Below, in pieces: positions 29,436 through 37,867 of a stretch of DNA of 64,000 nt. Positions within the stretch are counted from its first letter, which is position 1; each line of letters begins with the position of its first letter. A program made the translations under genes and the position numbers. Location: assembly GCA_040396995.1 (NCBI GenBank), contig JBBAWV010000001.1:35258-99257 (forward strand), in the 5' to 3' direction. The notes beneath the pieces are model-generated. The model searched no databases. It saw only the letters and a list, made by a program, of their open reading frames with translations, and was not told the origin of the DNA. This DNA is from Nodosilinea sp. (lineage in GTDB: Bacteria > Cyanobacteriota > Cyanobacteriia > Phormidesmidales > Phormidesmidaceae).

Positions 29436-29479
29436 CCAGTACAACGGCTAATCATCTTGCTGATCAGCCGTTGTACTGG
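29436..29479. terminator. Perfect 14-bp hairpin CCAGTACAACGGCT/AGCCGTTGTACTGG
   Basis: Just downstream of the 29485 stop on the minus strand; no U-tract, so terminator or processing/stability hairpin. Confidence 0.5.
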
Positions 29480-29484
29480 CTTGG

Positions 29485-30813
29485 CTAAACTCGCTGCAGG
29501 GCGGGGGCTTGCCAGGTGCCGTCGAGGGCTTCGGCCTGGGGCCAATAGAGCCGCATGGCACAGAAGAATGGCCCTGTCGGAGCCGGGAGCCAGTTGGCCT
29601 CTAGATCTGCACCGGGGGATTCGGGCTGGATGTAGAAGGTGAGCCCGCCATCGGCATCGCACTGGAACTGGGGCAGCATGGGCGAGTTGAGCAGGTAGCG
29701 GTTGAGCGGATTGGCCACCAACAGACTGGAGGGTAGTTCGTACATCGTCAACGACCAAAAGGCATTCACGGGGGGCAGTTGATCCGCCGCGAAGTGAAGC
29801 GTGTAACGGTTTGCTCCACTCAAGGGCTGGCCCTCGCCATCCACGGTGTAGAAGGGATACATCGCCTCCTGCTTGGAGTTGCCAAAGATACCCAGTACCG
29901 CGCCCGCCATGCGGTAGAGGTAGTTGTTCTGCAAATAGTCGCGGGTGCCGAACAGATCGCTGGGGGTTACTTGTCCGGCATCAACCTGTTTTTTCAAGGC
30001 GGCAAATTCGGCCCAGGCATCGGCCATGCCCTGGGTCATCGCTTCCTGCACCTCGGAAGAAAGGGTATCCGCTACGAAGCCCTGCCCTGTCCCTACGCCA
30101 ATCTGGGCAAACCGGGAGCGCAGATCCACCTCGGAGGGCACCGGGGGACAACATTGCAGCAGAAAATCCAAAATGCCGAAAAACCCTAGGGAGGTCTTTT
30201 GGGTATCGGGCGTGAGGGGCGGCACAAACTCAATCGCTGGGGCACTTTCCGGAGCCGATTGACCCAAAAATTCTGAAAGTGGCTGTAGCTGGTAGCTGGC
30301 CTGAATTTCCTTCACCCGGTCGAGATCGTCAGGGCTAAACAGTTGGGTGCGATAGATCGCCAGGACAAACTCGGTTTCGGCACGAATCACTTTGCTCACG
30401 CCGCTGGGGGTCTCGCCTTGCCAACTGGGGCCAGCAATCACAAAAACACCGCCGCCATTGCCCGTCGTGCGGCTCCCGATGTACTCAAAATTGAACGTAT
30501 ACAAATCCACCAACTGGATGCTGAAATAGCGATTCGCCTCTAGCGCTGGCACGGTGAGCACCATTGGCTCTGTCCGCAAATCTAGCCCCGCCATGGAGTA
30601 GGGCGTGTCGGAGTTAGGTGTCTGGACGGCCTTATCCTCTGGCGTAAATACCCGTGCAATGTTGCGCAGGTGGTTCCAAGACGCTTTGTACTCAGGGTTT
30701 TGGGTATCGACAAAGTAGGCGTGCTGGATGCGGTAGCTATCGACCATAGGATAGCCGTAAATATAGGCTTCCTTCGCGATAGCGCGGGCTTCTACGGGGC
30801 TAGTGGTTGGCAT
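29485..30813 (-). CDS. DUF1254/DUF1214 domain protein
   Basis: AKEAYIYGYPMV, TPNSDTPYS, LDLRTEPMVL, YFSIQLVD, PPVNAFWSLTMY, NWLPAP, MRLYWP; RBS AAGGAG. Confidence 0.9.
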   Translation of the reverse strand: MPTTSPVEARAIAKEAYIYGYPMVDSYRIQHAYFVDTQNPEYKASWNHLRNIARVFTPEDKAVQTPNSDTPYSMAGLDLRTEPMVLTVPALEANRYFSIQLVDLYTFNFEYIGSRTTGNGGGVFVIAGPSWQGETPSGVSKVIRAETEFVLAIYRTQLFSPDDLDRVKEIQASYQLQPLSEFLGQSAPESAPAIEFVPPLTPDTQKTSLGFFGILDFLLQCCPPVPSEVDLRSRFAQIGVGTGQGFVADTLSSEVQEAMTQGMADAWAEFAALKKQVDAGQVTPSDLFGTRDYLQNNYLYRMAGAVLGIFGNSKQEAMYPFYTVDGEGQPLSGANRYTLHFAADQLPPVNAFWSLTMYELPSSLLVANPLNRYLLNSPMLPQFQCDADGGLTFYIQPESPGADLEANWLPAPTGPFFCAMRLYWPQAEALDGTWQAPALQRV

Positions 30814-30838
30814 CGGGGTTCTCCTTGAGGGCAAAGGT

Positions 30839-31498
30839 CTAACTGCCGAGAATATTGATGGCGCGGGAGACCACGACCAGAATGGTGGCCAGGGAAATGC
30901 TACTTTCGAGCATCATCCACAGCTTGGCCCGTGTCGTTAGTGGTAGGGCATCGGTGGGGCTAAAGGCGGCGGCGGTGGTGTAGGCCAAAAACAGGTAGTC
31001 CACATAGGTGGGTCGCCAGTGGGGCATCAGATCTTCGAGATCGGCTTGGGGAAAGAGCCAATCGGGAGCCTGAGTCTGGGGTTTTAGTCGGGCTTCGGGG
31101 CCACCCCGATCAATCTGCCAGTACAGCAGGGAGAATAGCAGCACGTTGTCAATCCACACGGTGAGGCTAGAGGTTAGCAGTTGCAGCCCACCCAGATCGG
31201 TGGAGTGGTTGATCATCTCGTCGATCAGGTAGACCAGGCTGATCAGCGTACCCACCCCAACGATCAGGCAAAACAACAGGAGCGTGAGGCGCTCGATGCG
31301 CAAAGCACGCGCCTTGCCCCCCGACAGTGGCACCAGGGCCAGGGCCACCAGCATGATGAACCCCAGCAGATAGGGTACCCCCACGGGCACCAGCCGAATG
31401 CGATCCGGCAGCACCGTCAGCAGCACCAGCACCACCCCAATGGTCAGAGCCACGGGCCAGCGCGGTTCAAGGGTTGGGGGCGGTGGGGCGGGCTGCAT
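30839..31498 (-). CDS. DUF1345-family membrane protein
   Basis: NVLLFSLLYWQID, PDWLFPQ, WRPTYVDYLFLAYT..AFSPTD..LT..AK..MMLES. Confidence 0.8.
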   Translation of the reverse strand: MQPAPPPPTLEPRWPVALTIGVVLVLLTVLPDRIRLVPVGVPYLLGFIMLVALALVPLSGGKARALRIERLTLLLFCLIVGVGTLISLVYLIDEMINHSTDLGGLQLLTSSLTVWIDNVLLFSLLYWQIDRGGPEARLKPQTQAPDWLFPQADLEDLMPHWRPTYVDYLFLAYTTAAAFSPTDALPLTTRAKLWMMLESSISLATILVVVSRAINILGS

Positions 31499-31528
31499 AG
31501 CTGTTAAGCTCCTGTTTTCTGCAAAACC

Positions 31529-31843
31529 CTAGTCCACATACACCACCACATACTGGGTGCCGTAGGGCTGGTAGTAGGTGCCACCACAGGAGTAGAGGGA
31601 AACCCCGTCGATGTAGACCGTGCTACAGCCCACGGGCAGGGTGGTGGCGTAGATGGCCGATCGACGGATCACCCGCCGCGTGGTGCGCCGAGCTGCTCCT
31701 GCCACGCTCACCGGGGTGGCGGGCCGCCCCACAATCGCCGCCGCTGGCTGCATTACCAGCTTGCCGCCCCACAGTCCATCGGTCACCGCGCCCGCCGCCA
31801 GTAGGCCACAGGCTCCAATCATCAAACGCTGCATTAAGTTCAT
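31529..31843 (-). CDS. Small secreted Arg-rich protein (DUF6515-like, uncertain), paralog 2
   Basis: Signal-like N-terminus ending PAAA; GRPATPVSVAGAARRTTRRVIRR; LPVGC...YSCGGTYYQP...YVVVYVD; RBS GGAGG. Confidence 0.8.
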   Translation of the reverse strand: MNLMQRLMIGACGLLAAGAVTDGLWGGKLVMQPAAAIVGRPATPVSVAGAARRTTRRVIRRSAIYATTLPVGCSTVYIDGVSLYSCGGTYYQPYGTQYVVVYVD

Positions 31844-31870
31844 GGCTCAAACCTCCAAGGTTGAGGGTCG

Positions 31871-32212
31871 TTAATCCACATACACCACGACGTATTGGTT
31901 GTTGTAGGGCTCGTAGTAGGTGCCACCACAGGAGTAGAGGCTTGTCCCTTCGATCACCACGGTGGTACATCCCACGGGCAGACTGGCGACGTAGACAGTG
32001 GAACGCCGAATTACCCGTCGGGTGGTGCGTCGGGCGGTTCCGGCGACGCTGACGGGGGTGGCGGGTCTACCCACCACAGCCTCAGCCCGCTGGGTGACTA
32101 GGAGGCGGCTGTTAAACAGGCCATCGGCCACGGCACTCACCGCCAGCAGGGCCACGGTGCCTACCATTACGGACTTCACAGATTTCACAGATTTCATCGA
32201 TTGCCTTGGCAT
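31871..32212 (-). CDS. Small secreted Arg-rich protein (DUF6515-like, uncertain), paralog 1
   Basis: Same motifs; start overlaps the DUF2092 stop (TAATG); ORF-track extension to 32434 is unlikely. Confidence 0.8.
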   Translation of the reverse strand: MPRQSMKSVKSVKSVMVGTVALLAVSAVADGLFNSRLLVTQRAEAVVGRPATPVSVAGTARRTTRRVIRRSTVYVASLPVGCTTVVIEGTSLYSCGGTYYEPYNNQYVVVYVD

Positions 32213-33003
32213 TATTGGGCCTCCTGATAGTCTTCGAGTTCGCTGGGGGGCAGAGCTTCCAGCAGGGTGGCTCCGGCGGGGGGGGTAAAGGTGAAGCGGT
32301 TGGCGGGAATCTGGGGGCTGGTGTTCCAGTCGCGCAGACGAATGGAATATTCCGGCGCACCCGTTACCCATTTGGTGGTGATCACATACTTCATAGGTAG
32401 GGGGACATCCCCGGTTTGCACCCAGATTTGCCAATCCACATCAGCTTCGCGGAAGGCCAGGTGATGCACTTCCACGCCATCGATGTAGGCCGTGCCCAGG
32501 TAAAGGCTGCTCTCCACCCCTTCCATCAGCACCTCGTAGGGGTTGCTAAACATTAAATCTGCCCCCGGAAAGGGCAGGCCCGTCTCGGCTTCCATGGTGA
32601 GAATGGCATCGTCGATGGTGCCGCTGAGGGGGATGTTGGCATAGGCGTTAATCCGCCGCCCAAAAATAGTGATCTGGTTGCCGTTGAAGAAAACTTCGGC
32701 ATCGGCCAGTGGCCCCTGCCGCTGCAAAAAGAACCCCGTGGGCCGCTGCATTACCATGGAGGCATAGCTGCTGAATTGCAGTTTTTGACCACTTCTAGCC
32801 ACCACTTCAAAATCAATATCGGCGTTGACGCTAAAGGCTTCGGTTTCCGCCAGGTAGTCTGACATAAATTGCAGAACTTCCGTGGCGTTGGGGTCTAGCT
32901 CTTGGGCCTGGGCCGACATCGGCGCGATGGCCCCCACCGTAAGGGCCATACCGAGGGCGAGGGAGACTCCGCCGATGGGGTTTAGAAAATAGTTGTTGTT
33001 CAT
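32212..33003 (-). CDS. DUF2092 periplasmic protein
   Basis: Signal peptide ending AQA; MSDYLA, GQKLQFS, HHLAFRE.DVDWQIWV.TGD.PLP.KYVIT. Confidence 0.85.
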   Translation of the reverse strand: MNNNYFLNPIGGVSLALGMALTVGAIAPMSAQAQELDPNATEVLQFMSDYLAETEAFSVNADIDFEVVARSGQKLQFSSYASMVMQRPTGFFLQRQGPLADAEVFFNGNQITIFGRRINAYANIPLSGTIDDAILTMEAETGLPFPGADLMFSNPYEVLMEGVESSLYLGTAYIDGVEVHHLAFREADVDWQIWVQTGDVPLPMKYVITTKWVTGAPEYSIRLRDWNTSPQIPANRFTFTPPAGATLLEALPPSELEDYQEAQ

Positions 33004-33038
33004 CGTTATGCTCGTTAAGGAAAGATGATGAGGGCTTT

Positions 33039-33071
33039 AGATCCCTGGGTTCTTCGAGAACCCAGGGATCT
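33039..33071. repeat. 15-bp-arm palindrome AGATCCCTGGGTTCT-TCG-AGAACCCAGGGATCT
   Basis: Perfect arms; followed by a degenerate extra unit. Confidence 0.9.
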
Positions 33072-33125
33072 GGGAGAAGAAACCGGGGTTCTGGGAGACC
33101 CCTTAAAATTGAAAGGGCCGGGGTA

Positions 33126-33785
33126 ATGCGACTCGTGGAGGAAAGACCCTTGTACCTAGAGGCTTCGCCCCCGCTCATGGGGGAAAATCGAATGGTGTTT
33201 CGATCATTAGATTGGTCGGCCTTTCAACAAATTCGCCAGCTTTTGGCAGAGCGCACCCATGCGCGTTTTACCTACGACAATGGGACCTTAGAAATCACCA
33301 TGCCGCTAGAGGGACATGAGCGTTTGGCGCGGTTAATTGAACTGTTCATTCGCATTTTGGTGGTGGAACTAGGGTTAAAAATGAAATCCATGGGCTCGAC
33401 AACTCTGGGGCGGGCCGACCTGCATAAAAGTGCTGAACCCGATAACGGCTATTACCTTCAAAACTACGCCCTGGTGGCCGATCATGAAGTGGACTTGGCG
33501 GTGGATCCGCCCCCGGATTTGGTTGTAGAAGTCGATATTACCCATACCGATATCCAGAAAAATGACCTCTATGCCAGCTTGGGAGTCCCGGAGTTTTGGC
33601 GGTTTAATGGCCGCCAGTGGACGATTTTTCAGCTTGTGGAGGGACGATACGAGGAATGTGATGTTTCTCCTACCTTTTCCCTTGTGACGAAGGCCGATCT
33701 GTACGATTTTTTGCAGACAGCTATGACAGATGAAGTCGCCGCAGAAATCAACTTTCGCCAGTGGGTACGGGATCAGGGTTCTTGA
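33126..33785 (+). CDS. Uma2-family (restriction endonuclease-like) protein
   Basis: RFTYDNGTLEITMP..GHE, GSTT, AEPDNGYY, PPDLVVEVD, YASLGVPEFWRF. Confidence 0.92.
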   Translation: MRLVEERPLYLEASPPLMGENRMVFRSLDWSAFQQIRQLLAERTHARFTYDNGTLEITMPLEGHERLARLIELFIRILVVELGLKMKSMGSTTLGRADLHKSAEPDNGYYLQNYALVADHEVDLAVDPPPDLVVEVDITHTDIQKNDLYASLGVPEFWRFNGRQWTIFQLVEGRYEECDVSPTFSLVTKADLYDFLQTAMTDEVAAEINFRQWVRDQGS

Positions 33786-33834
33786 GATCCCAGGGTTCTT
33801 GAGATCCCAGGGTTCTTCAAGAACCCTGGGATCT
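33770..33834. repeat. Tandem GATCCCAGGGTTCTTGA units ending in palindrome AGATCCCAGGGTTCT-TCA-AGAACCCTGGGATCT (33802-33834)
   Basis: Same family as 33039-33071; supplies the Uma2 stop codon. Confidence 0.9.
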
Positions 33835-33841
33835 AACGCTC

Positions 33842-36214
33842 CTACTGCCGTGCCATGGCCACCCGCAGCCGCTCGTCGGGCGAAATTAGGTGGTCGTGGT
33901 CGTCCTTGCCCACATCCAACTGCACCCAGTGGAGTTTGCCCGTGAACTTGCTGCTGTGGGCGCTGTAGTCGGGGGTGACGCAGGTGCCCGACTCGTAGCC
34001 GATGTCGGTGGTTTCATCCGCCGAGAAAATCATCGGCTGGGTGGCCTCGACCCGACCCGACCCGACGGGCTGACCATCGTAGTAGAGGTTCACATTGCCG
34101 CCCTTGGCCAAGCCGCCGCCATCGTAGGCAAACTCCATTCGCACCTGGTGCTTGCCCTGGGGAATGGGAGCCGTCGCCTCGGTGTAAAACTCCTGAATGC
34201 CCAGCACGTTGTAGACAAACTTGAGCTTGCCCTCCTTGGTGTAGACGCTCCAGCCACCGAACTTGCCGCCTTGGGCGATGATCACGCCCTCGGCAGGTTT
34301 GTCCGCCTTAATTTCCACCTCGGCGGTGATGGAGAAGGACTTGTTCTTGATGTTAATGACGCTGTTTTCCGACAGACGGCCCATGCCCGCAAAGAAAATT
34401 TGCGAATCTCCCTTCACCAGGGAGGGACGACCAGCGGTGGTGGGGTCGATGCGCTCGGTCTGGCGATCATCCAGGGGCAGCACGTTGTACTTCACGGCTT
34501 CAATCAAAAACTGGCGCTGAAGTTCAAGCAGTTTCTCTGGCATCTCCTGGGCCAGGTTGTGGAATTGCGTCCAGTCTTTGCTGCCGTCGTAGAGTTCCCA
34601 CACGTCTTGATCAAAGGGCGGCATGGTTTGACCCACCATCACCCAGGGGGTGCGGTGCTTGGTGATGGCGCTCCAGCCCTTGTAGTAGATGCCCCGGTTG
34701 CCAAACATCTCAAAGTATTGGATTTCGTGGCGTTCCGGCGCATTGGCCTCGTTAAAGCTGTAGACCATGCTGGTGCCCTCGTAGGGGCTTTGCAGCACGC
34801 CGTTTACCATCGTCGGCTCAGGAATACCCGCGACTTCCAGGACTGTAGGAGCCACGTCAATCACATGGCTAAACTGGTGCCGGATGCCACCCTTGTCTTG
34901 AATCCCCTTGGGATAGCGGACGATGGTGCCGTTGCGGGTGCCGCCCCAGTGGGAGGCCACTTGCTTCGTCCATTGGTAGGGCGTATCCATGGCCCAGGCC
35001 CAGCCCACAGCATAGTGGTTGTAGGAATCGGGGCCGCCAAATTCCTCCAGTTTGGACTGCATGAATTCCGGGGTTTCTAGCCCTGCCATGCCGTTGAAGT
35101 TGGCCATTTCGTTGAAGGCTCCGTGGATGGTGCCCTCGGCGGATGCGCCATTGTCGCCGATGATCACGTAGATCAGGGTGTCGTCCAGAATTTCCAGATC
35201 CTCTAGGGCGTCAATCACCTGCCCCACGGCGTAGTCGGTGTGCTCCAGGAACCCGGCGTAGACCTCCATCTGCCGCTCTAGCACCGGCTTGTAGGCGGCA
35301 TCCATCTCATCCCAGGCGGGAATTTCGGCATGGCGGGGGGTGAGTTCGGCATCGGGGCCAATCACGCCCAGTTCCTTCTGCTTGGCAAAGGTGATCTCCC
35401 GCTGGCGATCCCAGCCGTGGGCAAATTGACCTTTGTATTTATCAGCCCATTCCTTCGGCACATGGTGCGGTGCGTGGGTGGCACCGGGGGCAAAGTACAT
35501 AAAGAAGGGCTTGTCGGGCATGAGCGCCTTTTGCTGGCTGATCCAGCCAATTGCCTTCTCCGCCAAATCCTCGGTCAGGTGGTAGCCCTCCTCAAAGGTG
35601 GCGGGGGGCTCGATGGGGGTGGTGCCTTCGTAGAGGGCCGGATCCCACTGGTTGTTTTCGCCGCCAATGAAGCCATAGAAATACTCGAAACCGCCGCCCC
35701 CGGTGGGCCACGCATCAAACGGCCCCATCGGCGAGGTCTGCCATACGGGCACCTCGTGGCACTTGCCCAGCATGGCGGTGGAGTAGCCGTTCAGCTTTAG
35801 GGTCAACGGGAGGGGCGCTTTGGTGTTGGGCCGCACCGAGCATTGCCCTGGTGCGGCGGTGGCGGTTTCGGTGATGTTGCCCATGCCCACCGAGTGGTGG
35901 TTGCGCCCGGTCAACAACGCCTGCCGGGTGGGGGCACAGAGGGCGGTGGTGTGGAAACGGGTGTACTTCAGCCCTTGTCCGGCTAGCTTCTCGAAGGTTG
36001 GCGTATGGCAAGGCCCACCAAAGGCGCTAGAGGCTCCAAAGCCCACATCATCCAGCAGCACCACCAACACGTTGGGGGCATCCGCTGGCGGACGCAGATC
36101 GCGAATCGGGGGATATTTCGTATCGGGATCCTTGGCATCGTAGGTGGTAATGCCAAAGTGGGTTTGGTCGGGAATGGGCAGAATCTGTCTTGGCACCGTG
36201 TGGTTTGAAGTCAT
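33842..36214 (-). CDS. Arylsulfatase (Cys-type, formylglycine-dependent), no signal peptide
   Basis: PNVLVVLLDDVGFG, ALCAPTRQALLTGRNHH (CxPxR), GKCHE, IGDNGAS, HQFSHVIDVAPT. Confidence 0.95.
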   Translation of the reverse strand: MTSNHTVPRQILPIPDQTHFGITTYDAKDPDTKYPPIRDLRPPADAPNVLVVLLDDVGFGASSAFGGPCHTPTFEKLAGQGLKYTRFHTTALCAPTRQALLTGRNHHSVGMGNITETATAAPGQCSVRPNTKAPLPLTLKLNGYSTAMLGKCHEVPVWQTSPMGPFDAWPTGGGGFEYFYGFIGGENNQWDPALYEGTTPIEPPATFEEGYHLTEDLAEKAIGWISQQKALMPDKPFFMYFAPGATHAPHHVPKEWADKYKGQFAHGWDRQREITFAKQKELGVIGPDAELTPRHAEIPAWDEMDAAYKPVLERQMEVYAGFLEHTDYAVGQVIDALEDLEILDDTLIYVIIGDNGASAEGTIHGAFNEMANFNGMAGLETPEFMQSKLEEFGGPDSYNHYAVGWAWAMDTPYQWTKQVASHWGGTRNGTIVRYPKGIQDKGGIRHQFSHVIDVAPTVLEVAGIPEPTMVNGVLQSPYEGTSMVYSFNEANAPERHEIQYFEMFGNRGIYYKGWSAITKHRTPWVMVGQTMPPFDQDVWELYDGSKDWTQFHNLAQEMPEKLLELQRQFLIEAVKYNVLPLDDRQTERIDPTTAGRPSLVKGDSQIFFAGMGRLSENSVINIKNKSFSITAEVEIKADKPAEGVIIAQGGKFGGWSVYTKEGKLKFVYNVLGIQEFYTEATAPIPQGKHQVRMEFAYDGGGLAKGGNVNLYYDGQPVGSGRVEATQPMIFSADETTDIGYESGTCVTPDYSAHSSKFTGKLHWVQLDVGKDDHDHLISPDERLRVAMARQ

Positions 36215-36311
36215 TGTTAGTGTTCCTTATTGTTGTTTGCTAACTCAGGTCGCGAAACCATGCAACGGCGTGAGACAGGCCCCACTGAGCGACGATGGCA
36301 CAACCCTTGGG

Positions 36312-37649
36312 CTATCGCTTCTTGACCGCCGGGGGCACCCAGCGACCATCGAGCGCTTCTGCTTTGGGGGCATAGAGGCGCATCGTTACCCCCAGTGCCC
36401 CTTGGGCCGGGGAGGGTAGCCAGTTCGAGACCTTGTCGGCACCGGGCGACTCGTGCTGAATGTAAATATCGAGGGAACCATCGGCGTTGTAGGTGAGGTC
36501 ATCACGATCCCCAATGGCGAAGCGATCCAAGGGGTTCGCGACCTGAAAGCCCTCGGCGTCGTACATGGTGATCGACCAAAAGGCCTCCACTGGGGGGAGT
36601 TCCGCTTTTTCAAAGTGCAGCACGTAGCTGTGGGTGCCATCCATCGGTTGGCCATCGGCATCGACCACATTCAGCGGATAGATCGCATCCTGGGGCTGGT
36701 TGGCACCGAGGCCAACCATGGCCACGATGGCCCGCTTCAGGTAGTAGTTGCCGTAAACCCCCATGGTGTCGGTGTTCATCTGCCAGCCGTTGACCACCTT
36801 GGCCAGGGTGGGCAGCTTTTCGACCATCAGCTTGAGGCCGTCTACCACAGCCCGATTGAGGCCCGCTTGCACGGCGGGATCGGCGCTGTTTAGGTCAAAG
36901 CTTTCGCCCACCACAATTCCTAGACGGCCCAGGCGGGCAATGGTAGACCAGTCGGTGATGTGGGGCGGGTGGATCTTCATCAGGTCTGCCCCGTAGCCAA
37001 AGTACTGGGCAGCGGTCATGGTGTTGACCTGCTGCAAGGGCGGCGTCTTCATGTCTACGCTGGGGTCTATGACCGCTGCCGCAGGCTCGACGGGCTTGCC
37101 CCACTGGGACAGCGGTGTCACCCGATAACCATCCTGCACCTGGTGAACCGCTGCGTAGTCTTGGGGGCCATTGGTCTGGGTGCGCCCGATGACCCACAAA
37201 TAGGCGGTGGGGGCTTGGATGGCTTCCACCCCGGCGGGCAGTTGCCCCTGCCACCCCGGCGGCACAATGGCATAGTTGGCGGCACTGGTACCGCTGGTGC
37301 GCTTGCCAGGAACCGCAAACACGTCAGACCACATATTGAGCATGGGCAGCAGATAGTAGCGCCCGTCGGTATCGGGGGCCGATACGATCATGGGTTCCTG
37401 GGTCAGGTCGAGCCAGAGGCTAGAGTAGAGGGTGTCGAAGTTGGGCCGCACCACCTCGCGGAAATCGGCGGTCGGAAAGGCTCGCATGTGGTGAAAGGCA
37501 TTCATCGGCCCCATACCGGGCTTGGCATCGGCGGCATAGTTGGTGGTAATGCGCCGGGTCACGTCCATCGTGATCAGCGGGTACAGGTATTGGTAAGCCT
37601 CAATCCCGATCTCGTAGGCGGTTTGTTCGTTAATCATGGAATTCTCCAT
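36312..37649 (-). CDS. DUF1254/DUF1214 domain protein
   Basis: EAYQYLYPL, RPNFDTLYSSLWLDL.QEP, YYLLPML, PPVEAFWSITMY, NWLPSP, MRLYAP. Confidence 0.9.
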   Translation of the reverse strand: MENSMINEQTAYEIGIEAYQYLYPLITMDVTRRITTNYAADAKPGMGPMNAFHHMRAFPTADFREVVRPNFDTLYSSLWLDLTQEPMIVSAPDTDGRYYLLPMLNMWSDVFAVPGKRTSGTSAANYAIVPPGWQGQLPAGVEAIQAPTAYLWVIGRTQTNGPQDYAAVHQVQDGYRVTPLSQWGKPVEPAAAVIDPSVDMKTPPLQQVNTMTAAQYFGYGADLMKIHPPHITDWSTIARLGRLGIVVGESFDLNSADPAVQAGLNRAVVDGLKLMVEKLPTLAKVVNGWQMNTDTMGVYGNYYLKRAIVAMVGLGANQPQDAIYPLNVVDADGQPMDGTHSYVLHFEKAELPPVEAFWSITMYDAEGFQVANPLDRFAIGDRDDLTYNADGSLDIYIQHESPGADKVSNWLPSPAQGALGVTMRLYAPKAEALDGRWVPPAVKKR

Positions 37650-37867
37650 CGTTTTTGAACGGTCGGAGGTGGGTCAGGTCATTGGTCTATCGGTGATGCT
37701 TGCCGATGATGGCCTCTAGGCGGCGTTACCTAGCCCTTGATCCAGTAGCCCAGACGAAAAAGGGCGGAGCGCAAACGGCTTGTTTCCGGTGGGCAGGGGA
37801 TAGCCGATCCCACCCCCTATCCCTCCCAAGCCCAGGCATTCAGCCTCCACCTCCGCCCCATCGCCCC

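Noticed and set aside
33770-33834. CRISPR-like array (also considered 49295-49340, 52371-52500 and the REPIN cluster)
   Set aside because: Units are contiguous with no unique spacers, and there are no cas genes
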